From a virus, in IMG/VR virus record IMGVR_UViG_3300032242_000818, positions 32,001-96,000 of that record: 64,000 nucleotides of DNA; one strand, given 5' to 3'. Of this stretch, positions 17,167 through 28,000 are shown piece by piece; the first letter of the stretch is position 1, and each line of letters starts with the position of its first letter. The notes beneath the pieces were generated by a model, which searched no databases, was not told where the DNA came from, and was given only the letters and a program-made list of their open reading frames with translations. The position numbers and the translations under genes were made by a program.

Positions 17167-18155
17167 GCTGCTTTGCCCCATACTTCATTCCAAGAACCAG
17201 ATAATGCACCTTTAGCATAATCAGTTACACGATTCTCAAAGAAGTTTCCATGAACTGGTGCGTTGATCATTTCCTCAACCCATGGTAGTGGATTTCTTTT
17301 TACTTTGAAAATACCTTTCATGCCTAAAGAAATTAGGCGACGATCAGCAATGTAACGAATATATTTCTTAACATCTTCTGCTGATAAGTCGCGCATGTCG
17401 CCATTCTGATAACAGAGATCAATAAACTTATCTTCCAACTCTACCATCTTTTCAGCAATTGTATAGATTTTAGATTTTAAATCATCGTTCCAGATTTCAT
17501 TATTCTCTTTGATAAACTCTTTGAACAAACGAATCATATTCTCAGAGTGCATTGTTTCATCAACGATAGACCAAGTAACAATCTGCCCCATACCTTTCAT
17601 AATACCATGGCGAGGGAAATTAAGCAACATAATAAAAGAACTGAAGAGCTGCATACCTTCAGTAAATGCGCTAAACACAGCGATGTGAGTAGCAGTAGAC
17701 TCAAGAGTCCCATTGCGACTAGAAAGGTCAGTAACATAGTCATGCTTATCCCTCATTTCTTGATATTCGAGAAACTCATTATAAGTAGACTCAGGCATGC
17801 CGAGAGTTTCTATCAGATGTGAGTAAGCAGCAATATGTAGGGCTTCACGAGCAGCAAAACCCATAAGCATCATACGAATCTCAGGCTGAGGGAAATAAGG
17901 AAGATAGTTGTTAACATACCCACCAGCAACATCAATATCACCTTGTGTAAAGAATCTGAAAATGTTCGTAAGAAATTGTTTTTCTTCATTTGTTAATTTT
18001 TTCTTCCAATCTTTTACGTCTTCAGCCATTGGTACTTCAGAATGAAGCCAATGCGCTTGTTCGTGTTTCAACCATGCATCATATGCCCATGGATAGTTGA
18101 ATGGTTTAAAATAAGTGCGTTGATCGGTTAAATTGTTTTTTGTTTTAGTTATCAT
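17163..18155 (-). CDS. nrdB: ribonucleotide reductase class Ia beta subunit
   Basis: FFTQGD, REALHIAAY, FTEG.QLFSSF, DETMH di-iron ligands, NFFE. Confidence 0.97.
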   Translation of the reverse strand: MITKTKNNLTDQRTYFKPFNYPWAYDAWLKHEQAHWLHSEVPMAEDVKDWKKKLTNEEKQFLTNIFRFFTQGDIDVAGGYVNNYLPYFPQPEIRMMLMGFAAREALHIAAYSHLIETLGMPESTYNEFLEYQEMRDKHDYVTDLSSRNGTLESTATHIAVFSAFTEGMQLFSSFIMLLNFPRHGIMKGMGQIVTWSIVDETMHSENMIRLFKEFIKENNEIWNDDLKSKIYTIAEKMVELEDKFIDLCYQNGDMRDLSAEDVKKYIRYIADRRLISLGMKGIFKVKRNPLPWVEEMINAPVHGNFFENRVTDYAKGALSGSWNEVWGKAA

Positions 18156-18748
18156 AGTGGTTTCTCTTGTGGTTCTAAAAGAATTTCTTCTTCATCTGAA
18201 TCTTCTTTTATTTTAAATTTAAATGCAATACTAATTCGTTGGTCTCTACAATATACTGATGGTTCAATTGCGCAGTGTTTTACTCTTGAATTAAATAATA
18301 CAGCTGAATTTGTTTTTGGAAAAAATGTATTAGTTACTTTAGTTTCATCCTCATTTACAATATTTAAATTTCCACCATAATGTGGTTTCCAATTTCTATG
18401 TAAATAATAAACTACAGATCCCCATTCCCCATTAATTATAGTATCTTCAATATCTTTATGAATCCATGCTGTTTGTCCATGAGATTGACCATTACCATAT
18501 AAACGTCGGGTAACAATTTTATTATTTAAAAATAATTCAGTTTTAATTTTAAAAACTTGATGTATAAATCCAGCACCCCCTAGATCTTTATACCAAAATA
18601 ATCTTTCTGTTTTTAAACCTTCTTCATCAGAAGCAGCATGACCTTTCATTTCCCATTTGAATTTATCAAATTCTTCCCAAACTAATTCATATTCATCTAA
18701 TGTTAGGAATTCTTCCCAGTAATAGATTTGGTCAATCGTTTTAATCAT
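18152..18748 (-). CDS. 2OG-Fe(II) oxygenase inserted between nrdA and nrdB
   Basis: NGQ..GQ..WIHKD, W...YGG, distal H, RISIAFK; AT-rich. Confidence 0.8.
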   Translation of the reverse strand: MIKTIDQIYYWEEFLTLDEYELVWEEFDKFKWEMKGHAASDEEGLKTERLFWYKDLGGAGFIHQVFKIKTELFLNNKIVTRRLYGNGQSHGQTAWIHKDIEDTIINGEWGSVVYYLHRNWKPHYGGNLNIVNEDETKVTNTFFPKTNSAVLFNSRVKHCAIEPSVYCRDQRISIAFKFKIKEDSDEEEILLEPQEKPL

Positions 18749-20584
18749 TTATCCCTCACACGCTAAACACGTATCAGCATCTCCTGTTAGTGCTTGTAGA
18801 TTAATTTCTTTAATGACCTCACGTTCAATACGCTTAGAAACTTTGTCAGCCTTAGCAATTTTATCAGAACGGCAGTAGTACATAGTCTTTAAACCTTGCT
18901 TCCATGCTTGAAAGTGAACAGCATGAATATACTTAATATGACTATCTGGTCTAAAGAAAACATTTAATGACTGCGCTTGGTCTACATATACTTGCCTGTC
19001 TGCGGCATGCTGGACGACCCAACGCTGGTCAATTTCCATAGAAGTCTTGAACACATCTTTTGTCCACTCTTCCATCCAATCGAGGTGTTGAACTGAACCA
19101 TCGTTCGCAATAATTGAACTCCAAATTTGTTGATATTCATCTTCGCCTTTCGGTGTTAATGGAGCACCTGAAGGTGAAAGATGCTTCATAATAACCTTGT
19201 CAAGATAACGATTCTTATTTAAGTGAGAACCCGATAGAGTGTCTTGGCGATAAGCATTGGCACGATAAGGTTCAATACTAGGACTAGTGTTGCCCATAAG
19301 AATGGAAGAAGAAGCATTGGGAGCAATAGCCATAAGATGACTAAACCTATTCCCAGTACCCACTGCATCAGGTGCTTCACCTCTTTCCAATCCAAGTTTT
19401 TTATTCGCTTCATCTAACTGTCCTCTGATGTGAGCAAAGATTTGTTTGTTACGTCCAACTGCTTGTGGAGATTCCCACGGTAACGAATTTCGTTGTAGAT
19501 AAGCATGCCAACCGAGAGCACCGATACCAATGCTTCGCTCGCGCATTGCAGAATACTTGGCTCGTTTGATTGTAGAAGGAGCCTTATCAATAAAATATTG
19601 CAGAACATTGTCAAGCATCTCTGCAACATCAGCAAGGAATAAAGACTCTTTCTTCCACTCATCATAGTACTCCAAGTTCAATGAAGATAAACAACAAACA
19701 GCAGTACGTTTCTCATTTGTTGGTAAAATAATTTCTGAACATAGATTAGATTGATGAACCTTCAAACCTTTATCTTTTAACCACTGAGGTAGTTTACGAT
19801 TTGATTCATCAATAAAGTGAATGTATGGTTCGCCAGTCATCATGCGCATTTCAAGAATACGTTGCCATAATTCTTTTGCTGAAACTGTTTCACGAACTTC
19901 ATTACTTGCTGGATCAATTAAATTCCATGAGTCATCAAAGTTTGGATCAATCATTGATTGTTCAATAATTTCCATAAATGCATCAGGAATATTAATACCA
20001 TGATGCATATTCAGACAACGCATGTTCTGGTCACCTGTTGGTTTTCTCATCTCCAAAAAATTAATGATATCGGGGTGAGAAATATCAAGATAAGCAGCGT
20101 AACTACCACGACGAGTGCGCCCTTGACGGTACGCCAAAGAAGAAGCGTCATACATTTTAAGGTGCGGCATAACGCCAGTAGACTTATCATCAGCAGACCT
20201 AATACCAAAACCAATGCCCACTCCACCCCCAAGCATAGATAACCAATTAGTTTCTGAGAGATTATCCACCAAACCTTCTGCAGTATCTTCAATGTAATTA
20301 AGGAAACATGATATAGGCATACCACGCTTACTGCGACCAAAAGAAAGAATGGGAGTAGAATAAGACAGCCAATGTTTACTGCTGTATTCGTATAATCGTT
20401 GCGCATGTTCAGGGTTACTCCCAAATGTACTTGAAACAAAAGCAAACCTTTCTTGTGGGCTTACTTCATCATCCTTCATATAACTTTCTTTTAATCTTAA
20501 CTTACCTAATTCGTCAAACAAACCATCACGAGAATAATCTACCGTTATGCCATGCACAATGTCATTCATATTTACTTGCCCCAT
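18749..20584 (-). CDS. nrdA: ribonucleotide reductase class Ia alpha subunit (no ATP cone)
   Basis: PISCF, GGGVG, QSNLCSE, AIAPNASSS, DQAQS, TMYY, C-terminal CLACEG. Confidence 0.97.
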   Translation of the reverse strand: MGQVNMNDIVHGITVDYSRDGLFDELGKLRLKESYMKDDEVSPQERFAFVSSTFGSNPEHAQRLYEYSSKHWLSYSTPILSFGRSKRGMPISCFLNYIEDTAEGLVDNLSETNWLSMLGGGVGIGFGIRSADDKSTGVMPHLKMYDASSLAYRQGRTRRGSYAAYLDISHPDIINFLEMRKPTGDQNMRCLNMHHGINIPDAFMEIIEQSMIDPNFDDSWNLIDPASNEVRETVSAKELWQRILEMRMMTGEPYIHFIDESNRKLPQWLKDKGLKVHQSNLCSEIILPTNEKRTAVCCLSSLNLEYYDEWKKESLFLADVAEMLDNVLQYFIDKAPSTIKRAKYSAMRERSIGIGALGWHAYLQRNSLPWESPQAVGRNKQIFAHIRGQLDEANKKLGLERGEAPDAVGTGNRFSHLMAIAPNASSSILMGNTSPSIEPYRANAYRQDTLSGSHLNKNRYLDKVIMKHLSPSGAPLTPKGEDEYQQIWSSIIANDGSVQHLDWMEEWTKDVFKTSMEIDQRWVVQHAADRQVYVDQAQSLNVFFRPDSHIKYIHAVHFQAWKQGLKTMYYCRSDKIAKADKVSKRIEREVIKEINLQALTGDADTCLACEG

Positions 20585-20590
20585 TTATTA

Positions 20591-21256
20591 TTATTTTGTT
20601 AATTCTTTTGCTAAAGGAAATACTTCAGCAATAACCTTTGCGCACTCACGTGCGACTTCTTGGTGTTCTTTTTGTGTACCATTTGCAGAACGGAGTTCAA
20701 TAAAATGAATCCAGCTACGCAATGTACCATTCATATATAAGCGAGAAACAGTAAGTCCTTCTGGTAGAACTGCTCTTGCTTGCTCTTTAGCAATGCCATT
20801 TTGTATTGCCCAATTATATGCTTCTTGGGCTTCATTGATAACACGCTTTTGTCTTTCTTCCCACCATGCTGCCAATGCTAGATTTGTATTCTCAACACTA
20901 TTTTGACGATTCTTCGTATCTTGAAGTCGGGCTTCTCTAAGAACGAAAGATAAGTCTTTTGTTGGATCAGCATATCGCTGGCTAAATTCCTGGAATGAAA
21001 AAGAACGATGACGTAATATTTGTCTTGCTATATCGCGAGTAGTTTCAATTTCTAAGCAAGCACTAACCATCTCTAGAGGTGACCAGTGTTGATGCTTAAT
21101 TAAATATTTAATTAACTTCTCTGATGTATCTGTGTTGAACTGGTTGCTTGGATTGCTCACACGTGCACAGAACGCAACTAACTCCTGTACATCTACTAAA
21201 CCCTCTTGAAACATTTTATCATCAGGTTTACTATAACTAATCATTCTAACATTCAT
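20591..21256 (-). CDS. thyX: flavin-dependent thymidylate synthase
   Basis: ARVS, HWSPLE, RHRSFSFQEFSQRY, EQARAVLP, TQKEH. Confidence 0.97.
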   Translation of the reverse strand: MNVRMISYSKPDDKMFQEGLVDVQELVAFCARVSNPSNQFNTDTSEKLIKYLIKHQHWSPLEMVSACLEIETTRDIARQILRHRSFSFQEFSQRYADPTKDLSFVLREARLQDTKNRQNSVENTNLALAAWWEERQKRVINEAQEAYNWAIQNGIAKEQARAVLPEGLTVSRLYMNGTLRSWIHFIELRSANGTQKEHQEVARECAKVIAEVFPLAKELTK

Positions 21257-22284
21257 ATTTTTTTCCAAGTACTATATTTCAATTTTGCTTCAATTCCTTT
21301 GAAGGTATTTGTATTTATCGTATTGACAATCTCATCTACCGTCATATTACCATATAAAATCATATCATTAATATCTTTCTGTTGTATATGATCAGGAAAC
21401 ATACAAACGCTGTAACCAGCATTAATATTTTTTTCAAGAAACTTAGTTATCTCTCGGCTTCTTGGTTCATTATCCATTACAATTGTTGCGTTAGCCAACA
21501 ACTGCCTAATAGTAGGAGTATCGAAACTTGCTCCAGAAACTGCGATAGCATTAGGTAAGAATAACGAGTCAATCGGTCCTTCCACAACAAGTATTCGCTT
21601 ATTAAAATCAACTCTATCGAGCCCATAAATTTTCTCCTGTGTTTCGTCAACCTTAATTGTATAATACTTAGGTTCTTCTGTGCCATATGCTCTGCCCTGA
21701 AAAGCAAAACATTTACCTGCTGGTGTAAAGAATGGTATTATCATTCTTGGGTGTTCATCTTTAATTGGCTCTTGGAATTTAGCAGTAACTGAATTAGTAA
21801 ATGCTTTAAACTTTGGAGCAAAATACAAAAGATGCCATTTATCTCTTGGTATCTTTCTATTAATAAGATACTCAACAGCAGGATGTGTTAGTGGTAGTTT
21901 ATCTAAACGAGACAAACTAGAAAGGATATCATCCTCTAATAATTCTACAGTGGGAGTTTCTAAGATGACGCTTGTTTTCTTAACGTCTTTGTGATCAGTG
22001 TATTTTGAAGCACCTGCTTTATAGCGTTCCAAAACATATTCATCATAAAGCATTGGATCAACATACTTGATAAGATTACCAATGTTGCTACCATAACCAC
22101 AATTGTGGCATTTGACCAATAGATCTTGTTCACGTGGATAAATGTAACCACGTGCTTTCAATTTATTCTTCGAAGAATCTCCACAAACTGGACACGAGAA
22201 GTTCCAAGTATTGTCTTTCTTTTCTTTGAAGTTCCTTAGACGAGTGCCAAGGATTTTTGCGTATTTGTTGTCAATATAGAGCAT
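21253..22284 (-). CDS. gp61: DNA primase (T4 gp61-like)
   Basis: CPVCGDS...CHNC Zn finger, FQGR, VVEGPIDS, DNEPR TOPRIM, KDINDM. Confidence 0.95.
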   Translation of the reverse strand: MLYIDNKYAKILGTRLRNFKEKKDNTWNFSCPVCGDSSKNKLKARGYIYPREQDLLVKCHNCGYGSNIGNLIKYVDPMLYDEYVLERYKAGASKYTDHKDVKKTSVILETPTVELLEDDILSSLSRLDKLPLTHPAVEYLINRKIPRDKWHLLYFAPKFKAFTNSVTAKFQEPIKDEHPRMIIPFFTPAGKCFAFQGRAYGTEEPKYYTIKVDETQEKIYGLDRVDFNKRILVVEGPIDSLFLPNAIAVSGASFDTPTIRQLLANATIVMDNEPRSREITKFLEKNINAGYSVCMFPDHIQQKDINDMILYGNMTVDEIVNTINTNTFKGIEAKLKYSTWKKI

Positions 22285-22292
22285 ATAGAGTA

Positions 22293-22322
22293 ATTATACC
22301 CCATATACTCTTGCAAAGCAAA
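22293..22322 (-). promoter_or_regulatory. early/middle promoter for primase-thyX-nrd operon
   Basis: TTTGCTTTGCA...TATAAT, TTGCTT-17 bp-TATAAT; same upstream box as 60493-60522. Confidence 0.7.
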
Positions 22323-22324
22323 CT

Positions 22325-22648
22325 TTATTTAAAAAACTTATCTAATAAATTTATATGAGAGATTAGATATCCAACTGCAATTGCGCCACCAACAATCATC
22401 CATTTCCAGCGTTCAAGTAAATCTACACGATCTTTAATTGCATCAATTTTCTTTGACATTGCAACATGCTGTTCTTCATCGCTTCTAGCAAGGTCATCAA
22501 TCTTACGATCAATATGATCAGTAATCTCACGAGTAGTTGTTGTCACACGAGAGTGCAACTCTTTGATATCCTGCTTTACAGCAGCAACATCTTCTTTGAT
22601 GCCTTCTACTTGTGCTTCCATTTTGGCGATTCTCTCTGGCAATTCCAT
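22325..22648 (-). CDS. coiled-coil protein with C-terminal TM helix (lysis-associated, holin/XhlA-like candidate)
   Basis: ERIAKME heptads, LERWKWMIVGGAIAVG; follows spanins. Confidence 0.55.
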   Translation of the reverse strand: MELPERIAKMEAQVEGIKEDVAAVKQDIKELHSRVTTTTREITDHIDRKIDDLARSDEEQHVAMSKKIDAIKDRVDLLERWKWMIVGGAIAVGYLISHINLLDKFFK

Positions 22649-22652
22649 ACGA

Positions 22653-23243
22653 TTACTTGTTGTATATTGATTGTTGAGTTCTAATCCACTCTTGTAGAGA
22701 CTTTAATTGTTCTGCTACTTTATAGTAGGTTGTGTAGTTTTCTGTGACTGTTGTGGCAACGCCAGAGAGTTTAACTTCGGAGGTTCCTGCATCAACGCTT
22801 CTGGTGGAGTCGGGAACTTCATTGCGACTGGCACTGTCGTGGAGCACGACGAAACCATTAGGCACAGGACACTTAGCGTCAGCATCTTGGCTAATATACT
22901 TTGGAATTTCTTTGATGATTGCATCACCCTTCTCCTTAACAACTTCAACTTTAGTTATGTACTTCGTTACTACTTTCGTAGACGCTTCAGCAGATGCAGC
23001 ATCTTTTTTTGCCATTTCTAATTTGACTTCGGCAACTTTGGCTTCCCATTTCTCTTGATTGGAAATCCCGCCTTCCATATAAAAACCAAATATAATTAAA
23101 ACAACTCCAATTATATTTATTGGTATATTATATGTTCCAATAAAAGGGATTTGTCCAAAAGCAATTGCACCAACTGTTAATAGAATACCAACAATGGCAA
23201 TAATATGAAAAATAAAATCAGGAACAAAATTTAATAGAAACAT
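22653..23243 (-). CDS. inner-membrane spanin (Rz-like)
   Basis: N-terminal TMs, helical periplasmic part, C.VP.GFV.LHD.A, QL..LQ.WI. Confidence 0.75.
   Translation of the reverse strand: MFLLNFVPDFIFHIIAIVGILLTVGAIAFGQIPFIGTYNIPINIIGVVLIIFGFYMEGGISNQEKWEAKVAEVKLEMAKKDAASAEASTKVVTKYITKVEVVKEKGDAIIKEIPKYISQDADAKCPVPNGFVVLHDSASRNEVPDSTRSVDAGTSEVKLSGVATTVTENYTTYYKVAEQLKSLQEWIRTQQSIYNK
22715..22924 (-). CDS. embedded outer-membrane spanin lipoprotein (Rz1-like)
   Basis: AAGGAG RBS; MQSSKK...LSVLCLMVSS|C lipobox; Pro-rich mature part KFPTPPEALMQEPPKL. Confidence 0.75.
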   Translation of the reverse strand: MQSSKKFQSILAKMLTLSVLCLMVSSCSTTVPVAMKFPTPPEALMQEPPKLNSLALPQQSQKTTQPTIK

Positions 23244-23782
23244 TATGTAATCTCTTTAACTGCCAGTGGTTTACGTCTTGCCATTCCAAAGATAGGTTTG
23301 TTCTTGCTCTTTGGATAAATCTTTGGCTCCTGTGTTGCAACTGGACCAGATGTATTATTAGTTGGAGCACCACCTACTGCACCAACACCCATTCCATCTT
23401 CTCGTAAGAAACGACCAACTAGAATTTCTTCTTCAACTAAATGGATATTTGTTTCCATTAGTTTTTTAAATCTTTCTTCTAACTGAGAAGTAGTTTTCGA
23501 ACCACTCTGATAATTTTCTCTGATTAACCAAATAGCAGCAGCCATACTCTTTAGTCTATTCTCACCACCAAATCTATTAATAAGTTTCTTAAGATTAAAT
23601 ACTAAACGATGTAGATAACTAAATGCGTTACGTTCCGCATCTGTGCTAAATTGGTTAGACTTTCTTAATACGTTGCCGTGCTGGTCTATAATACCAAGTT
23701 TAAATGCCTCGGTATCAGTAAAGTTAGTAACTAACATTCTAAGAACTTTAAATGCTATTACGTTGTCTATAACACGGCTCAT
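23243..23782 (-). CDS. conserved T4-like late protein
   Basis: AFKLGIID..G, HRLVFNLK, APTN motifs. Confidence 0.7.
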   Translation of the reverse strand: MSRVIDNVIAFKVLRMLVTNFTDTEAFKLGIIDQHGNVLRKSNQFSTDAERNAFSYLHRLVFNLKKLINRFGGENRLKSMAAAIWLIRENYQSGSKTTSQLEERFKKLMETNIHLVEEEILVGRFLREDGMGVGAVGGAPTNNTSGPVATQEPKIYPKSKNKPIFGMARRKPLAVKEIT

Positions 23783-24159
23783 TAAATTTTCCTTAGTGTG
23801 GAGATAACTCTCTCATCTAAAACTGTTTCTGATAATATAATTCCATAATCTGTTATAACTTCTGGCATCCGATCAAGATATACTAAAAATGTTATAAGGA
23901 TATCCCAACATTCTTCATCTACTTTATAAAAAAGCATCTTGGTAGTTGCATCACCAAACAGATTATAAAGAACGATTATATGATTGAGTATTAGTCTTTC
24001 TTTTAAATCGCCATTGTTTTTATACCTAGAGATTAATTTCTTAAGATATAAAAACTTTTTTAAATCATCTTCGAATTCTGATAAACTATAACACTGCGTA
24101 TTATCGTAGTGATGCATTGCATAGATTAGAAAATTCGCTTCATTTAACTTTTCATTCAT
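23782..24159 (-). CDS. conserved T4-like protein (DUF7207-like)
   Basis: NFLIYAM.HY.N..C, EF.DDLK, LKERLILNHII. Confidence 0.75.
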   Translation of the reverse strand: MNEKLNEANFLIYAMHHYDNTQCYSLSEFEDDLKKFLYLKKLISRYKNNGDLKERLILNHIIVLYNLFGDATTKMLFYKVDEECWDILITFLVYLDRMPEVITDYGIILSETVLDERVISTLRKI

Positions 24160-24182
24160 ACCACATCATATCTCTCAAACGA

Positions 24183-24203
24183 ATGGGGGAACAATTCCCC
24201 CAT
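24183..24203 (-). terminator. stem-loop after structural gene
   Basis: ATGGGGAA-TTG-TTCCCCCAT on minus strand; weak U-tract. Confidence 0.5.
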
Positions 24204-24219
24204 CATACATAACTACTTA

Positions 24220-25029
24220 TTAAGCGTAAACTAGAGTTGCAGCTGTAGAAGTTACAGTTGTGTAGCCAGTTGCGCTAACTTGACAACGGAACTGATAGTT
24301 GTTGTAAGTTGCTTTAACAGCAGAAGTTAGAGTCAATGTAGCAGTTGTGTTACCTGAGTAGACACCACCTGATGCGTTAGCCCAAGTAGATCCGCTATTT
24401 GTAGAAACTTGCCAGTTGTAAGATAGAGACGCTGTTGGAGACGCAGTTGCGGCAACAGTGAATGTACCAGTGTAAGTAGCTGCAGCACCAGATACGTTAG
24501 CAGGGTTAGTACCGATAGTGATAGTACCATCTGGTAGGATTGAGTCATCGGCTTGGTCGCCAGTAATAGAATTATTAGCAACTAGAACTTCAGATTTGTT
24601 ACGTACGTTACCTTGAGCATCAGTATAGCTGTGGTAGCGAACCCAACCAGCATGAGCAATACCTTTTGCTTTGGCTTCAGTTTGTGCTTCTTCAGTAGAG
24701 TCAACACCGTAAATCTTGCTTGAGTTACCCATGATAGAAATACTATCAGTAGATCCGTGAGCAACGTATACTGGTTTCTCAGATAAAGTATATGATTGAG
24801 CAGAACAAGTAGTAACTGCTCCGTTACCATTGTTAGTACCCATAATTACTTTAGCAACAGTATTGCTAGTAATAGATACGATTTGATATTCTACGCTATT
24901 TGCTTTGATAGTATTACCGATTGCAGCTTCTGTAGTGAACAGAGTGCTAGAACCAGTAACTACGCCTGCAGCATCGATGCTAACTGTACCAGTAGCAGAC
25001 TTGCTGTCTTTGTTTCCCCATAGTGCCAT
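24220..25029 (-). CDS. virion structural protein with C-terminal Ig-like domain
   Basis: MALWG start, HAGWV, R.KSEVLVA; Ig motifs SYNWQ, TATLT, YQFRC.V, TS.AATL; late promoter and AAGGAG RBS. Confidence 0.75.
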   Translation of the reverse strand: MALWGNKDSKSATGTVSIDAAGVVTGSSTLFTTEAAIGNTIKANSVEYQIVSITSNTVAKVIMGTNNGNGAVTTCSAQSYTLSEKPVYVAHGSTDSISIMGNSSKIYGVDSTEEAQTEAKAKGIAHAGWVRYHSYTDAQGNVRNKSEVLVANNSITGDQADDSILPDGTITIGTNPANVSGAAATYTGTFTVAATASPTASLSYNWQVSTNSGSTWANASGGVYSGNTTATLTLTSAVKATYNNYQFRCQVSATGYTTVTSTAATLVYA

Positions 25030-25056
25030 TTTGATTCTCCTTGAATTTGGACTTGT

Positions 25057-28000
25057 TTATTTATAAGTTGCGCCAGCTGACTTCAGCTTGGACATAGTTG
25101 CACGTGGTTTATATACGCCAGCACCTGCACCAGCCTTACGACCTGCTTTTTCTGGTTTCTTCATGTCTTTCTTAGTCTCAAATGCGCCTTCTGGATCCTC
25201 ATAATCAGCTCCATAAGATTTACCTTTGATCATACGTGAAGGAACATCTGCCATTTTAATTTCATCAATTTGAAGTTCTTCATTCATTGATTTACACTGG
25301 CTTTTAACCTTAGCATCGCCATGATAAGCATGAACTACTTTATGACCATTCTTAGTTTGTTTAACAGAATAGTTGCCATCATTATGTTTTTGTTTTAATG
25401 CAGAAGCAACAGCCTTTGCCTTATCAGCATCTGCATAAGTAGACTCATCTAATTCTTCAGTTTCTTCTTTGAGTTTACCTTCACGCTTTTCTGCTTTTAA
25501 TTCTGCAGCAAGAAGCCATGCTGGTTTCTTTTTAGAAGCCTCACTTAATGATTGTAAAAAGTCTTTATATGATTTCATAGTTCCCTCTTTAATTTTTGGT
25601 TTTGCCCAACCCTCTTCAGTGTCAGAAGCAACACCATTGGGATGTAATTTAATTACTGCAGTTTTAGTTGTAATCTTTTGTGGTTTTCCAACTGGAGTAG
25701 TTTCTTCTTTAACAGCTGGTTTTGGATCATTCATTTCTGGACGATAGTATTTCATAAACTTTTTAAAGTCTGACTTAATATGGTCATGATCTTCTTCACG
25801 TCCAGCAAGTTTTTCACCATGCCCTGAATCTAGATAATGTTTAACTGTCTTATCATCACCATCAGTTAAATTCTTAACATGCTTATGCATTTCTTCATAC
25901 TTCTCATCAGCAGTACCGCATGCGCCATGATAACCTTTACCTGGATTGCCAGTCATGGATTCATTACGTAAAGCACGACCAATTGCTTTGTTCTTTTCTT
26001 GAGCAGTTTTATGGTCTGTGTCAGGGACTGGATTATTTAATTTAAATTTTGCACCACGAATTGTATCCAACATATTCTTCATAGTCTTATTACGACGTGC
26101 TTGATCAGATTTCTCGTCAAGAACTTCTTCATTAGTTGGGTGACCATTGATTGGTTTGCTTGCAGCCTTTGCTGCTTTGTTCTCTGGTGTACCTTTGATA
26201 TATTTACGAGCAATAGTTGGTGCTACTGGAGTTGGATCAGGTACATGGTACTCATCATCTTCTCTTTCTCTTTTACCAAATCCGCCACCACCATAAGCAT
26301 GACCATGGCTTCTACCAGAGTAACTTCTATAACCTTCTTTAACTTCAGCCTCAGAGTATAAGTAATCAGCTGCAGTTTGAATATAATCAGTGGCAAGAGT
26401 AATCTTAGATTGTACCCATTCTGGCAAATCAGTATCTGGCTTTAAACAATCTTCAATCATTTCAGCACAACGAACTAATGTCTTCAATTGATTCATTGCC
26501 ATATCACCTTCGTAGCCATATTCTCTTTTGTCTTTTGTTTCGTCTAACTCAACTTCTTCTGACCATTCTCTTCTTTTTCTCATAAACTCAGAGCGACCAC
26601 GCCCAACAGTACCACCGATTCTATCTGTTTTCTTTGCTGCAGTTTGCGCATTGTCGAAATGGCGTTCTTCGCTATCCATGTCACCCTTTGCATTAGCATT
26701 GGCTGCTTTCTTCATATGCTTAAATACTTCGTCACCATGAACTTTTTTGACTACCTTTTCAGTTGACTTAGTATCGTTACCGTTAACATGAGCATTTGCA
26801 AATTTATTATAAAGAGTTCTGACTGTTAAATCACCTTCTTCTAACTCAATTTCTTCTTTAACTGGTTTCTGTTTATTAACTTGATCCATTGCACGTTGAG
26901 CCAATGAACGAGCAGAATCCATTCCAGTACGATTTGGATTAGATGGTTTTTTAAACGATGAAGTATATGGACCATCGAAAGGAACATCAGTTTTAGAAGA
27001 ACCACCACCTATTTCGTCACCCTTACGACGATAAGCAGATGCTGGTTTTTCGTAGTATCCTTCTTTAACTGGCTGATTCATATTCATTTGTTTATCATTC
27101 TCTCCACTAAAGAATTTAAATCCTTTGATCTTTTTGCCCATAGTAGTATCCTTTGCCGTTGATGCTGATGGAGCAGATGTTGATGTTTCAATTTGATCAG
27201 TACCATTTGTTTGAATAGTACCTTCTTTTATTTGACCATGTTTCTTTAAATCATTGTCAAATTGTTTATTAGTTGCTTTGTTAATGCCTTTGAAACGCTT
27301 ATCGCCTTTTGCATAGTTACCAGAAGCATCAGCTGTTTTGGCAGATGCATGGGCTGCAGTTTTATATTTACCTAGTAGATCAGTTGATAGTTCATCAATC
27401 TGAACTTCTTCTTTTGCCATTACTTTTTTCTTAATTGAACCAGCAATTCTTCCTGCTGCTTCTTTACCATACTTTGGTGTAAGTTTCTTTACTAATGGTT
27501 TAAAACCAGTTGTTGCATTATTGTGTTTACCGATATCTTCTTCAGAAACAACTTCTTCTTTCATACCATTTGCTTTGGCAGCCATGTAAGCACCAATAGC
27601 CATACGACGACGTTCTGCTTTAGACTTGTTATTGAAGCGTGGATGAGTTGACTTAATAAAGTCATTAATGTAAGCACCTGCGCCCATATCTGGACGTAGA
27701 ACTTCTTGAACTTGTACCATTGCTTCTTTTTCTTTTTTATCTAAACCAAGTTCAGTGTCTTTCTTTGGACCATTTGCTTTAGTCATTTGATCTTTGAAAC
27801 GCTTTAATTGCGCTGCGCGATCATCTTGTTGTTCTTTAGTTTCTTCTTTAAGACTCATACCTTTACGCACGTCATTATACATTGCGTCCTTATGTTTGGT
27901 TGACATTGTTGATGGAGCACCTTTGTGGAATTCTGCTTTGTTACCAGAAGCAGCATGTTCGCGCATTTTACTTCCAGAAATACCAGAAGTACCTTCAGAA

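Noticed and set aside
16581-18748. Intron or homing element at the nrd locus
   Set aside because: nrdA and nrdB are uninterrupted, the intervening gene is an oxygenase, and the GIY-YIG gene is short and free-standing
19219-20445. Hydrophobic alternative-frame ORFs inside nrdA
   Set aside because: Expected from wobble-T codons shifting to position 2; no convincing RBS
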